A DNA stretch of 64,000 bases from Phoronis australis (taxonomy: Eukaryota; Animalia; Phoronida), in the NCBI GenBank assembly GCA_002633005.1, contig NMRA01001029.1, positions 3,912 through 67,911 of the forward strand, given 5' to 3'. Position numbers and translations under genes: made by a program. Positions 25,990 through 39,029 of the stretch are shown piece by piece. Positions within the stretch are counted from its first letter, which is position 1. Each line of letters starts with the position of its first letter. The notes beneath the pieces are model-generated. The model saw nothing but the letters and a program-made list of their open reading frames with translations. It did no database searches and had not been told where the DNA came from.

Positions 25990-27517
25990 TATTTCTAAGC
26001 CATTTAATAGCTCCTCAGAACGGTATCAGCCGGGGATTTTCGTACCCGTTCCGTTTTAGTTTCTCAACATAAATCAACCGCAACGAAGAGAACTTGGTGA
26101 CCTCGTTCTCCTGTACGATATGACTTTAAATATGATCGTTAACAAACAGTAATGCATCTTCATGGACATCGGATTTTCTTGTTTACTCAGTATTGTGTAC
26201 TCTCTTAGCTCTGAAATCCTCACGCTCAAACTTTTTGAACGCAGTCTGATTTGAGACAAGATGGATGCTGGTTTGCCTCACAAGCAAACAGGTCATTGCA
26301 TTTCTGTTGTCGAAAAAGCCCTCAAGTAAGACCCATCTTTTCGGCCTATGATTCAATTAGCCTCCATACACTGAGTTTGTTTTTATACCACGGAAAATAT
26401 ATTGCACGGTTGGTTTCACGGTTGCCATCCTTGGATTCAGTTTTCTTGCCAAAAATTAGCCTTTGGTGCTTGAAATTGACAGTTTACGGGACGAATGGTA
26501 CACTTTGGAGCTTGGTGCCTTAGATTCTTTACTCTCCTAAGCGGTGAAGGTTGTCAGTGAAAAGTTGATTGCAGTTTCTGTGTTAACGCATTTTCTCCAA
26601 ATGATTTGGGAGAACAGAAGTAATCTGATCATTCACGGACTGTGTAGTATGTGGAGAATCACATGGTTTTAGAGATGTATTTCCCGAATTCCATGATGAA
26701 GCTGCTGTAGTATTTCACTTGTTGTTCCTCTGGCATTGGTTATGGCTGTAAAATTTTCGTGTTCAGTTATAGAATCTAAATGAAGAATGCATAATTATGG
26801 GTAGAGACTGTTCTTTGGCTTCAGTAGATACGCTTGGACATCGCTTTCTTTTAGGCATGATTATTACATCTGCCTCCACAGCTATCACAATTTGGAATGT
26901 CTCTCATCCCTGCCCTAGCATTGCATTCACACTGATAGACATGAACGTCAACAGCTCATATGTATATTTTGATGTTAGCTTGTATCCAACGTGTGTTTTA
27001 CTGTAAAGGTTGATGGACAGCTATAATGTGTCACCACACAACTTTGTCTTAGAAACATTGTTTTACTTCTTGAACCTAAAATATTTAGTTAGACTGCATA
27101 TGCTACAAACTTTAAGCACGAAGTCGCAGTATATTTTCATTCATGCCATCAACACCAAAGTCCCGAATTCGGATAAAAATATTTGACTTTCGAGCGCCAC
27201 GCACTGGTTCTATGTGTTAAGTGTTTTGTACCTGTATCATGTATAAGATAGCTTTTATCGTTTACATGTAGTTCTAATGTAGTTAATGTTTGACCCAAAA
27301 AAAAAACATACGTATAGACACATTTTTTCAGTCAGCAAGAAATTGCATAATAACGTAGATCAGTAAGGGCGGCACTAATTTGCATAAAAAACTTGCGTAG
27401 GCCATTTTTTCGACTGGTTAACATTTTTCCGTTTTCACACATGTTTTCGTTCACAAAAATTCATCGTAGAAGTTGATGTGTGCGGATGGCACGGGGGCTA
27501 TATTTTCGACTAGACTA
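25990..27517 (-). mobile_element. Academ 5' end and N-terminal coding relic
   Basis: Minus-strand terminus TAGTCTAGTCGAAAAT at 27517. Decayed peptides CILHLDSITEHENF...HRNCNQLFT and DLFACEANQHPSC. Confidence 0.5.
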
Positions 27518-27641
27518 CAAGGTTGTATGAGAAACACTCGGACAAAAACAAGGACAAAGAGTTCTACACGACGAAGCACGTGAGTATAACTTGACTTCTC
27601 CGTTACTAGTACAAAGTGATCATGCGATGAAAGTACATTAC

Positions 27642-27769
27642 CAGTTTGTCTAGATCTGGCTTCAGCTTTGCAAGGTAAGGTTCTCGCTGTTTTTGCTTTG
27701 CCTCGTCGTCTCTTTGTGTTTGTTCCGCTTGATAACGTTCCAGGGCCTCAGTGCAATGTTGGTACCACT
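27642..27769 (-). CDS. TPR/J-domain-like protein, exon 4
   Basis: Acceptor gttttag|AG TGG and donor CTG|gtaatg; 128 nt, phase 1 to 0. Encodes (K)WYQHCTEALERYQAEQTQRDDEAKQKQREPYLAKLKPDLDKL. Confidence 0.9.
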
Positions 27770-30281
27770 CTAAAACATCGTGAACACTTTTCCAAGTATG
27801 CCTTCGACAATGGGAAATTAACCGAGAGTTTCCGCAGATAAGCCCATGGTCGTGTATTCGGAAAATTAAAAATTTCAGGCGTTTCAGTAACGCACAAAAA
27901 GGGAGGCGTGTAAACAGAAAGTCATAGTTTTGGCTACGCAAAAGCCAGCATCAAGCGCGATATGTATTTTTGTAAGTGAAATAGCCCTTCTAGGTGGATT
28001 GATAGTCCTTAAAAGGACTGTTGTGAATACGTTGATACATGTCAACAACGTTAATTGTGTAACAGCCTATCAACATCTGCCCAGTGGGACAAGAAAATTA
28101 ATGTGCACGACACTTCCAAACCTCCTTGTGGGCTTTTAAGAGAAAATTTTCCGAATGAACGCCAGAAGTTGAAACACCAAATAAACGCCCACGGACGTTT
28201 CATCGGGTGGTCTTATCTACGGAAAATCCCAGTAAGACGACACACACCAGAATCGTACTTTAGAGCCTAGAACACAAGTTAGGTGTCATTTAGATCTCAT
28301 TCTACCACTGGGAGACAATCTGCATACGGCTGCACAGTGTCTGAGCTTTGTCACATATCGGGCGACTCAACACGAGCTCGGCTGATCCTACCGATTGACT
28401 TCTGTCCCGATACCTTAGCACAATCAATTAATTTTCATGCGCGAACCCAACCTAAAAATGGGGGGCTCGAAGTTTTGAGGATGTGGACCTTTTACTACGA
28501 TTCACGAGGTACGCTCAAAGCTGTGAATTGTGCATTCGTCGAATTTTGGTAGTTCCTGACTTTTTAGTGGACTTTTGTCTCGTTTTCTACTTTTTCTGAG
28601 TTTTTGTTTCTCTGAGGTGGACCTTTTTGCCAACTTCGCCAAATGAGTTGCATAAAGTTTCTGACGCTGAAAATTTTCCGGAAGAAAACTTTTAATATCG
28701 GTCGACAGTCGGGCGATTATACGCGACAGCGTCAAAAATTATCCATAGGTGCACCATCAACCAAAGTTAAAATAAGTTTGTCGCCCGGGCGATTTTTAAT
28801 TACATCGGCAGATCATAGGGCAATGTTGTTTGAAATCGGCCGGCAGTCGGCCGATGATCTGTAGATTGCTGACCAAATTCAATTAGTTGAGCGATGTCAA
28901 TGTCTTGCGAATCTCTGTGAGATGCATCGACGTCGAGTAGCATTAATTTTATATCGTTTAACTGCGACCGCTACTACTGACATTGAAAAAATGAACTACA
29001 TGCCTCCACGACATAGGTGCTAACACTATAGACGTGTACAACCCTACGTTTTAAGTGGTCTGATCCTCCAGCAAGTAGCTGCGTAGTGGATTGTCCTTCA
29101 GCGCCAGTCTATGCATGGCTGTCGCGGCTGGGTCGCTGTGGTGTTCGTGTGTGAGTGTTTATTGCATCGCGGGAGCAGTCAACTTTCCGTTCAACTTCAG
29201 TAGTAGGAATAAAGTATTCTGTCGTGATTTGTCCACCCAATTGTGTAAGCTACATTCATCGCCGACTTCAAAGATTACGTTCTCTCGAGAAGTGGTGTGG
29301 AGAAAGTTTTGTTATTTTTACCTGGGCGTTCAGGTCTCCCAAATTACTCTGAAGGCCTTGTGTATATTTCTCTCTGTCTCCATAACGTTCATGGAGAAGT
29401 AACCACATCGTTATATTCGTGTTATTGGTATGTCCGGACCATAGACATCTTACTATGTGATGTCTATGGTCCGCTAATGCCACATGTTTTAATACATACA
29501 GATTATTACATGACGAAGTCGTTATCCCCCGTTATCTAGAGCCCGAGTGGATTTTGGAGAATTATCGCCCGAGGGGTCGTGACCTTTTAAGAAAAGTTGA
29601 GCTTTTTGGCAAATAATGCTTTTACTCAAAACCAATTCAAAATTTAAACAAACAAGAAATAAAATGGATCTATAAATTAAGGCTTAGCAACTATTATAGC
29701 TTACTACACATTTTATCACACTAAGCTTCGACTGGGAAACTATCGTCTGCTAAAGTAGGTTACCACTGGTAACTGAGTATAATTCTCAAGTCAAAAGATC
29801 CCGACGACACAATACTGCATTCAAATGGGAGATCGGTGATTTACAAGTGAGAGAACGCGAGAGAAAAAAATCACTGAATTTAAATATCGTTTTTATGGAA
29901 ATTATGTGTCTTATTTTTCATGTCGTATAAATGTCGGTACAATGCCCTTTGCTGAACATGCGATTGTTGCGCGTGCTCATTTAAGTATTCTATTTTCATG
30001 TTCGATGACGTCAGCCGCTGAGTGGTTTAGTGGTAAAGTTGGCTACTCCAAACTCTTTGAGTCCCGGGTTCGAAACCTCGGTTTCCCGCCAAAATGTTAT
30101 CTCACTAGTGAGATAACTAAATGGTTTATTACACGGTCGTATTTGCCATTCGACGCTAATATTATGGTATAAACATTCTTATACGCGAGGGTTCATTCTT
30201 GGCTAAAACGCTAGCGTTTTCGCAAGCAACAAAAGCGCCAGTAATGCGAACCGTCGCAAGGGTCATATTTGCTGGCGCTTT

Positions 30282-33200
30282 TAGGCGGTGGGCCAGAATT
30301 TATAGGCCTTCTAGAAAATAGTTTTTGTGAGTACTTTAGGGGGGCAATTTTATTTTGGTGTTTTTTAATTCATTTACAAGAGTGTTTTCAAAATCTAAAA
30401 ATTTCCCACATATAAAGTTGCACATTTTTGAGAAAATTGAGTTTGAAGTTGAATAATAACCACCATTGAGCTTAGAGAACTTATATTTGTAAAAACAACA
30501 GTTTTTGCTATCTTTTTTGTAAAACAAGTAATATGTTCCCATCCATGTCATTGTATTGAACAATAATACACTCATATTACATGATTTACTATTGTAGACT
30601 AATTTTAAACAGTGAAATTTAAAAAATGTTAAGTGACACCTAGTGGCAGAAATTGTAAGGCAACAAAAATAACACAAAGCACTTGAGACTGGGCAAAATT
30701 TGTGCCTCAATGACTGAACCATTGACTAGTGGTGTAAAATATAGCTTGTTTGCATAATACACCAGAAATACGTTATAGTAGAAAAACAATACAGTTGAAT
30801 GGTCTCTGTGAATGTGCACACAGACTGAATGAAAGTTATAGATTATTCTGACAGCGCTTAGCAAGCAGTATGAGACAAATACATGATAATGATCAAAGTA
30901 TGTAATTTCTATGACTTAATCAACAAATAAAATTCACTTTTTAATACAAAAAACACGAAATAATGGGGTTGGAGGTCTATTTAGGGTTGACTTGTCAAAG
31001 AACTATCCAATGTTATGAAATCAGTGTTGCTGATGTTACTACAGTTGTCACAGCTGCACGTTTCTGTACAGTTTGACCAGCATTGCAGCACAAACTCAGT
31101 TTCCCAGCACAAATGTTCTTTTTGCACTTGCAGCGTTCATCATTTAGTACTGTCAATGGAGCTGCGGGCGTTGCCATACATTATAACTACAAAGCTCTAC
31201 CGCCAATGAGCCAACTATGGTCGATTAGAGAGGGTACAGCACTGCACACTGGTGATTGGCCCAAAGGCAATGAAGGGTCAAACACAGTCCTTGTTTGGAG
31301 GCGGGCAGGATTTGGGCAAACGTTTGATTCAAAATATGTTATAATGGGCTGTGTTAATTAGAGTCAGCAAGTGAATTATTGAACAGTAGCCTCAATTCAC
31401 TTTCATATCTCCTAGTCGGGCACAAACTACAACAGTGAGTAGCTTCAACAGTCATTTCTCAAGATTTCCTGTCCAAATAACTTCATACACACCACTAGCT
31501 TCAAAGTCTTGCTTTAGTTTTGAAAGGCAAATGACATCTCCATGTGTTAGAAGCTTTGGCTCAGTGAACTCTAAACAAAACTGTAGAAAAACATCTCTTA
31601 AAACTGTGGATTCGTCACTCTTCACAATCTTTGTCTTTGTATTTTTTATAGCATGATGATCTGTGGTACTTGGCTTCTAAGTCACAAGGTCTTTATCTTT
31701 GAATTTCATTTGCATATTCAAGGCTCTGGACTGAGCTGTTGCTTACGATACAAGTCCCACTGAAAAAACCTGAACTGTTAACACTAATTTAACATTTAAC
31801 TATGAGTGAGTTGGCATCCAAATTTTTCAGACGGACTTATCAGTAACTGATCAACCACCAGCCTAAAAAAACTACATGCCGTCTGATCTGTCACCTAAAA
31901 CTGTTGATCGTCTAAGAATTAGATTAGTTGATGCAACTGAAAATAAATCAGCTGATATACCAGTGCAGTGATTGAAAATTATTTTCTTTTATCAGATGCT
32001 CAAACCATAGTCACTCGATTTATACTTAAGGTAAACAACGTTTGACGAAATGGACAGTGGCTTCCATCGTCCTCAAATTACTATGGGGACGCTGGCCACT
32101 TAGGCACTTTAATTTAATTACCATTGCAGCTTCCTAAGTAGTTAATGTTTACAAAAAATTGAGAAGAGGTTCACCCTATCCCACGATTACGGCAAGGGAT
32201 TACGACCACTTGGGCATGTTGATTGCAACCATCTACTCCATTTAAATTTCTCAATTTTTTTTTACTTAAAGTGCTTAAAATCACACCCACAGTGTAACGC
32301 CATATGATGATCCCCTGGCGCAAGCAGTGTCGATGTGGCAACTGAACAAGAGAGTGTTCAAAAACAGGATTGCAGGAGTATTTGTTTAAACTGGGAACAA
32401 ATGAAAAAATTAACGGCCTCCTCAGAGGCATCTCTCTACGCGGTACTTCGAAACTTATAGCAACATGACTTATGGTTTAACCAGTGTGATGCATAATTTG
32501 CCAAAATGCATCCGGCATATGGAGTACCTATGGTATGATCACCGTCTCTACTGGGTCAACGGTATTGTCTAAGGCCTATAGGCAGCCAAGGGGCTGAACA
32601 ACTTAAAAAACAACTGGTGATAATACTGAAACACACATGGAAAACACCAAGATGTACCTTTCAAAAACACGTACCTGTTTATCAAAGCTAGAAAGTTGTT
32701 ACTTCTTTCGCTTTCTTGAAATGTGCTCCATAATATACTTTTCCTGCTGACAAATGATGCACTCATGTTTCAGAATGTTCCTATCTTGTTCAGGTTAATT
32801 GGGTGTTTCAGATTTTGGAAGTCTAATTGATTTTCTTGGGAAAGTTTGGGTAACATCTGTATCACTTTCAGCAGCTTCAGCTTTAGTACTACTGCTGGTG
32901 TGCTGAGACGTTGCTATGCCTTTTGTATGTCCTATTAATTTTTGGTCTGACCCTTGGTCTTCTACAGCAGTATAGGCTATATAGCAGGACATGCAGCTGT
33001 TTTCGGCACAAATGTTTGTGACACCTCTTCTTCTTTTTGATCTACTGATCTACCGAGTTCCACAGTCCATCAGATTTCATCAGGATGCTTCTCTAATCTT
33101 CTTCGGGTTCTGGCATCACAATTTTGTGCTGTTTGATAAACCTTGAATTATACAGGCATCACACTCCATGGGAACAGCCATATTGAAGTAACCAAGCACA

Positions 33201-33431
33201 ACAATACAATCTGGCTCTCTGATTGGTCAATTCAATAGAAAAGCGCCACCAGGTGGCAGGAATGTGCATAATATTTCGTGCAACAAAAACACCTTTTTTC
33301 AAAAAAAATGTGCAAATGTAGACGTGGGAACTTTTTGGAATTTGATTTATAGGTATATTATCTAGAAAAAATTAGGTTGCCCCCCAAAGTACTCTCAAAG
33401 ATGAACGCTATGAGATCCGGCCCACCGACTA
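30282..33431 (-). mobile_element. Academ (AcademX-type) DNA transposon, internally deleted
   Basis: TIR TAGGCGGTGGGCC / GGCCCACCGACTA with TTT on both flanks. Minus-strand relic at about 31015-31310 reads PPNKD..TLHCLWANHQ and RCKCKKNICAGK..CCNAG..CTETCSCDNCSN, a Cys-rich C-terminus. Confidence 0.7.
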
Positions 33432-34139
33432 TTTATTATACATTTGAAGACAATTGGCGTTTTCGCTTACACATTAAGCCAGAGTGTATGCGCAGCTTGG
33501 AAAGTGCACTATTTCTTTCCATTCAGCACTAACAACAAATCTCAGTGAAAATGCAGAGGAAAAGGTGTAATGTTTCAGCACTAATTTAAGTATGGGGCGA
33601 CGAAACCATCCAAAGAATATTAGATGGCATGCGTGGTTGCGTCCATCAAATTAAAGGTGTGGAGGAAGAGTTTTGCGAACCGCCAGTTTTGAGTTAAGTT
33701 AAGCTCATGGGCTAACTGTTACAGAAATTTTTCGAATTTTGACATTGTTTTGAATTTCGTATGGGCCTGCTTTTATTGCCGCTTCTTTCAGACGTGCAAC
33801 CTGGACAAATCGTCATATTTTGCGCACGGCCTTCTTACAACCTTTTGTGCTTTACTGCAAACATTTTTGCTTTCTTCTCTTATCGGTGAATTTTTGACAC
33901 CACAATAATGACCCTGAGTGCCAAGACAGCAGGCTTACGGTGAGCAGGTTTTATTTTTTCAGTATTATTTACCCAACTCTTGACCTCACTTATGCCTTAT
34001 CGATCAATACATTATTGAATCACGTTTTATGTTTTATCTTTCGGGAAAATCAATAATATGTCTAACACAATATATAAATAAATCCAGAAAGTTTAAGTTC
34101 ACCCCATTCATTTTTTCGACTACCCACTACCAAATAAAT

Positions 34140-37100
34140 GCGAGTGTGCGCTTCAGTTACCAGGATGGCACAGTGTCACAGCCTTTGTAGGTTACATTAG
34201 TAACGATGCAAACAGGCTTCACATCTACGTGACCAATTGTGTCCAATAAATCAGACAATATACCTTGCCAGCTGATTGTGCAGAAAAAGGTGAAGCCTGC
34301 CGATATCGCATCCCCAAGTTCTAAGTGCACTTGAGCTGACAGACAATTGCAGTAGCATGTGGTGGCATGAACCAGATTTTCTTAAGTCAAGAGATACATT
34401 CCCGCATACGGAGATTGAAGGTGTAGCTCAAGATGACCCCAAGTGCAAGGCAGTGGCGTTTCCCACGCAAGTCATAATACAAAATCACTGCATCATCAAG
34501 AGGCTTGAGAACTTGTCCAGCTGCAACTCAGCCAAGAGAGTGATCGCCCTGAGGATGAGAAACAAGCTCAAGCACAGACGCTCTGTTGCCCGAAATCTTC
34601 AGGACGACTGTTACTTAGGTCCAATGTAGGTAGAAGAATTGCCTGAGGCTGAAATGACAATATTTCGTTCCGTTCAGAGACAGGCGTTCTAAGGCCAGAT
34701 AGAGATGTTACAGGGAAATCAGGAAAATACCAGAGTGACAAGCACGTTGATACCAGACACTACAGTCGTACTTCAAGAGTCAAAGCTCAACTGAGTCGTT
34801 TAGATCCCCACCTAGATGAAGACAGAGTTATGAGAATTGGTGGACGAATTCATAGATCAAACCTTCCAAGAGATGTAATGCATCCGTTGATACTTCTACT
34901 TCCACGGAAGACTTGCGCTACGGACTTAAGTATCGTGCAGAACAGCTGCCATCACGCGCCATGTGTGGAAGTGTGTCACCTGTTGAAGATTGCGAGCTAT
35001 GCTACTCCAACAGAAGATGGCCGATCTCCGTGACGACCGTGTCGAGCTAGCGCCCCCATTCACTGATAGCAGAGTTGATTGCTTCGGACCGTTCTACGCT
35101 AAAGAAAGTCGTAAAGAGATGCAGCGATGCGGAGAGCTGTACCCTTGCCTCTCATCGCGAGGTATTCATCTGGAAGTGGTTCACTCAATGACTAACGGGC
35201 TCTTTTCTCAACTCCTACAAAAGGTTCGTGTGCAGACGTGGGCCTGCAAGACACCCGAGGTCAGATCCTGGATCCAGTTTCGTCGGTGTCAAGGGTGAAC
35301 ACGAGGTAGCGATGAACGAGCTGAACCATGATTGGATCCAACGAGAGGTGTCATAAGACGGTTGCGACTGGATGCATTTCAAAATGAACGTTCCCCAGGC
35401 GTCTCATATGGGCAGACAGTAAGAAGTGTGTTGTCTGCACTTCTTACTTCACACGGTGAACAATTGAACGACGAACTCCTACTTACCCTATTGACGGAAG
35501 TAGAATGCATGATATACAGCCGACCTATGACATACATCGATGTAGGTTCTTCGGATGCAGCAAAGCCGCTGACTCCAAATCATCTCCTTCCCTTGAAAAC
35601 TAATATAGAGATGCCACCCCCTAGAATGTTTGTTATTGAGGAGCTGTATTGTCCTCGGCGATGGCGTAGAGCAAAATATCCAACGAACGAGTTATGGTCG
35701 AGATGACGAACAGAGTTTCTGCTCTCACTTCAAGAGAGAAAGAAGACTTCATACCAGAAGAATATAAGGGTGAATGACGTCGTGATTGTTGTGGACGACA
35801 ACGTTTCCGTAACAAATGTCCGATAGCTCGGATTATGAAGACGTAGAGGAGCGATGATGGACTGGTGCGCAAGGTCAAACTTGATATGGGAAGGTCCAGT
35901 TTAGATCACCCGACTCACAAATTGGTTCTTGTGTAGTGACATTGCCGACGACTAGTCTAACCGTTGATGGACTTTGTGCTAATAAAAAGTTTCTTCAAGT
36001 ATACGATTGTTTTATTGACCAGTTAGTACTTGGCACTTTATTCTCTTTGTAAATCGAGACAATTTACGTGGAAGTGTTACGGCCGTTAATGTTCAGTATT
36101 TTCCTGTGCAAGTTTATCTCCCTCGTCGTGGGATCAAACATGGAGCTACTCATATGTGTATCAGTAGCCGTTTGCTTTTCATTATACGTGTTATTCCTGT
36201 TAAAGGAGAATGCCACCCGATTTAATTAGTCTTTTAGCCGTCTTAATCGGTCTATATCCACATCGCCTCGCATACGGTCGACCTTACCTTGCCAAGAGGT
36301 GTCGCGTTAACCTGTGAGGAAGGGGAGAAACGACGCTAGCGACGTCAGTGATTCATATGCAGAGTGAATGCCGCTATGTTGCGGTGCATCGTTTCCGCTT
36401 GTCGGAACTGAGCAGCTGCGAGGAAAGCGGGTATAAAGTTTTTTTTTTCTTCCTCGACAGTCCGAAATGCTTAGGAAGTGTCTCGTGGTAGTGAAGAATG
36501 AAATGTACGCTGTAAATAGCAAGTATGAGGCCGTGAAACAACTCCGTGTCTGTGGCCTGCAGACGAGTTGACCGTGCCTGACGAATGCCGGCTTACCAAA
36601 TAACTCCGTACGTTCCGTTGTCTGAGCTTGTTCACGGCGCCTTTTTAGTATTTCTTCATCACTGTATTCCTGTTAGAATTGATAGCCTGTAAAACTTAAC
36701 GATCCACCTGCGAAGTCGGGACTGATCAGCTCTAGCTCGTCCTAAGTCGTGATTGCGAGTCAGCGTTTATTACTGAGCGTTCTGTTTCAAAATGAATTAT
36801 TCTCACCCTAACCAATACTTACATAAAACTGAAACAAAGTCTGTATCATTACATGCAATTTGTAATGCCTTTGGAGTGTTCGTGAGTGCAAATGATTTGA
36901 GAAGCAAGCAATGAATAAATCACTGCGTTACCGGCTTTAGGTGCACTAAAACTAATTGACGGGACTCCTAGGCCGTGTGAGCTCATGGTAATTTAGTGTT
37001 TGCTGGCAGAAACTGTTGTTAAACAACTCAATTTCCATCCCACGGCCAGGTGTTATGGGAATCTTTATTTACATTTACATTACTCAAATACTGATTGTCA

Positions 37101-37979
37101 ATGTACAACTTCTGCCCTGACGGTGCTGTGGCCAAAGCGAAACCCGGTGAATTCGCGGCACCCGACGATTAAGTAGATTTGCAGTTTCGTGGCTATTTCA
37201 CAAACATAATCAGGTGCACATTACTTTGGCTCACTAGTATAGTATTTTATTGACTGGAAGTTTAGTTTCCACTGAACTTTGGCTGGTTTATGTTCGTGAT
37301 GTCTGATCAGTTTCCGAGCCACTGGCGGGGATAACGAGTCAATACAGGCGACCGGCCGTGACGGGCCTGATCGCGCTCCGAGCCACTGGCCAGGCTAACA
37401 AGCGTTTTGTGTTTAGAACTCAAAAAATCACAAGTCTAAACAATACAGATCTAGGTTCTCCTGTCTGTATCTCACGGAAAATACTTCGAAATTATCTAGT
37501 CCTATCCCAAACTCCTGCTACGGACGGGCCTGCTGAACTTTGTAGGCTACGGTGTGTCCAAATACCAATGAATCCGTAAGGGCAAAATAAAACAACACGT
37601 TTTTATAAGAATTCGGTGTGTTTTTAAGGGTTTTACATCGAAGTTTGATGATTTATTGGTGTTAAACGATGACTTCAAGCGATAAGCTGACACCAGTAAC
37701 CCATGTTGTGAACTGCTGAACAGCCTGCGTGTGAAACCGATGACGTAATTGGATAATTTCAACACCTCCGTCTGCCGTCAGGTGTCAGGTAACGCAACCG
37801 TACGTGTCGTTATGGAGTAGAACTACTCGATCTAAATTGATACAAATTAGGTTGTTTTTTTGGGTGGCATGCTCCTTTAAGTTGATTGATTATCCGGTAA
37901 TAGAGTTTTACGGTGCGATTTTCGTGCAAACAAAGTAAAGTTTTTAAAGAGAATTGCCGTTGACGCCAACGATGTAACA
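34140..37979 (+). mobile_element. Decayed BEL/Pao LTR retrotransposon (RNase H-integrase region and 3' LTR)
   Basis: Peptides WWHEPDFL, MRIGGRI, MADLRDDRVELAPPFTDSRVDCFGPF and LLTEVECMIYSRP..PLTPNHLL. The putative LTR runs TGTTAC (36075) to GTAACA (37979) and is split by the Kolobok insertion. Confidence 0.85.
36204..37876. mobile_element. Non-autonomous Kolobok-type element (copy 2, uninterrupted)
   Basis: TTAA at 36200-36203 and 37877-37880, TIR AGGAGAATGCCACCC / GGGTGGCATGCTCCT. Confidence 0.85.
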
Positions 37980-38674
37980 CCCACCCAAAGGAAAAATACC
38001 GGATGAAATTAGTTTTTGTGCGGCCTTTGGGATTCACTATTAACAGAAAAATGTCATCGTGTGAAGTGCGCTCGCATCTAACAATGAATACAATACAATT
38101 AGTTCAAGGCTATGTCCTTCACTCATTTTTTGGCTTGTGTCTGTAAAACCGTCCAGGGCTCTGTTGCGGAAATTCTCGGTATCAGACATCGTTTTTACGA
38201 TGGAGGATTCCTTTGAGAGGCCCTACATGTCAAAAATAAAGACGCCAACTCTCCTTGGAAAATCAAAGTCTTGGTTTTTGGCAACCGAGGTCTCGGACTC
38301 AAAGGCCAGACACGCTTTTGAAGAACAACGAAACAGAATGCATATTTCGTGCAAAAGAGGTTTGTGAGAAATACATTGATCGCCATAAAAAATCACGAGT
38401 TTTGATTACATTAATTTTGAGCACATAATAAGATTTGGCGATTGCCAAGGATTTTAAAAATATACAATTTTTATGTTTACTCTTTAAATAGTAAAAAGAA
38501 ATTCAATCCTCGGTAAGAAATGTAGCTTTAAAAGTTATACAAATAAGGGTTTCAGTAACCACAGGCTGAATGAAGTCTTAAGTATGATGAATAGTGTTGA
38601 AAAAAATAAAACTAGAGCTACGTTTCAAAGTGGCAGGGAAACAATAATGACCGAAGTGGCGCATGCACACTTAC

Positions 38675-38816
38675 TTTGTGAATGGAACTCTCGGGGTGAC
38701 AAGGAGTTAGCCAGCTGAATACACCGCATGAAGGCATCGTGCGCCTTCATCTTCATTTTAAGCACCTTGTCGTAAATGTAGCCGATCTGACTCAGAGCAA
38801 TGGCCTCATTTTCAAT
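38675..38816 (-). CDS. TPR/J-domain-like protein, exon 3 (not in the ORF track)
   Basis: Acceptor ttctag|ATT and donor A|gtaagt; 142 nt, phase 0 to 1. Encodes IENEAIALSQIGYIYDKVLKMKMKAHDAFMRCIQLANSLSPREFHSQ, a TPR-like repeat. Confidence 0.9.
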
Positions 38817-39029
38817 CTAGAAGGGATCAGACACTTTAATGAAAGCGACTTCTTTGCAACTTCTGCTTAAACGTGAAATCAAGAAATATGTTGTATTTAT
38901 TGAAATATATACATATGGCCATAGGTCCAAAGTATAACATGTACAGAAAAGTACATTGCCAGGTACGTTACAGACTGGATAGTACATTGTGACGCTTGAG
39001 ACCATGATGGACGATATTTTTACAAGGGG

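Noticed and set aside
30012-30092. tRNA gene
   Set aside because: A- and B-box-like motifs are present but I could not fold a proper acceptor or anticodon stem. More likely a SINE or tRNA relic; the same applies to about 7643-7706.
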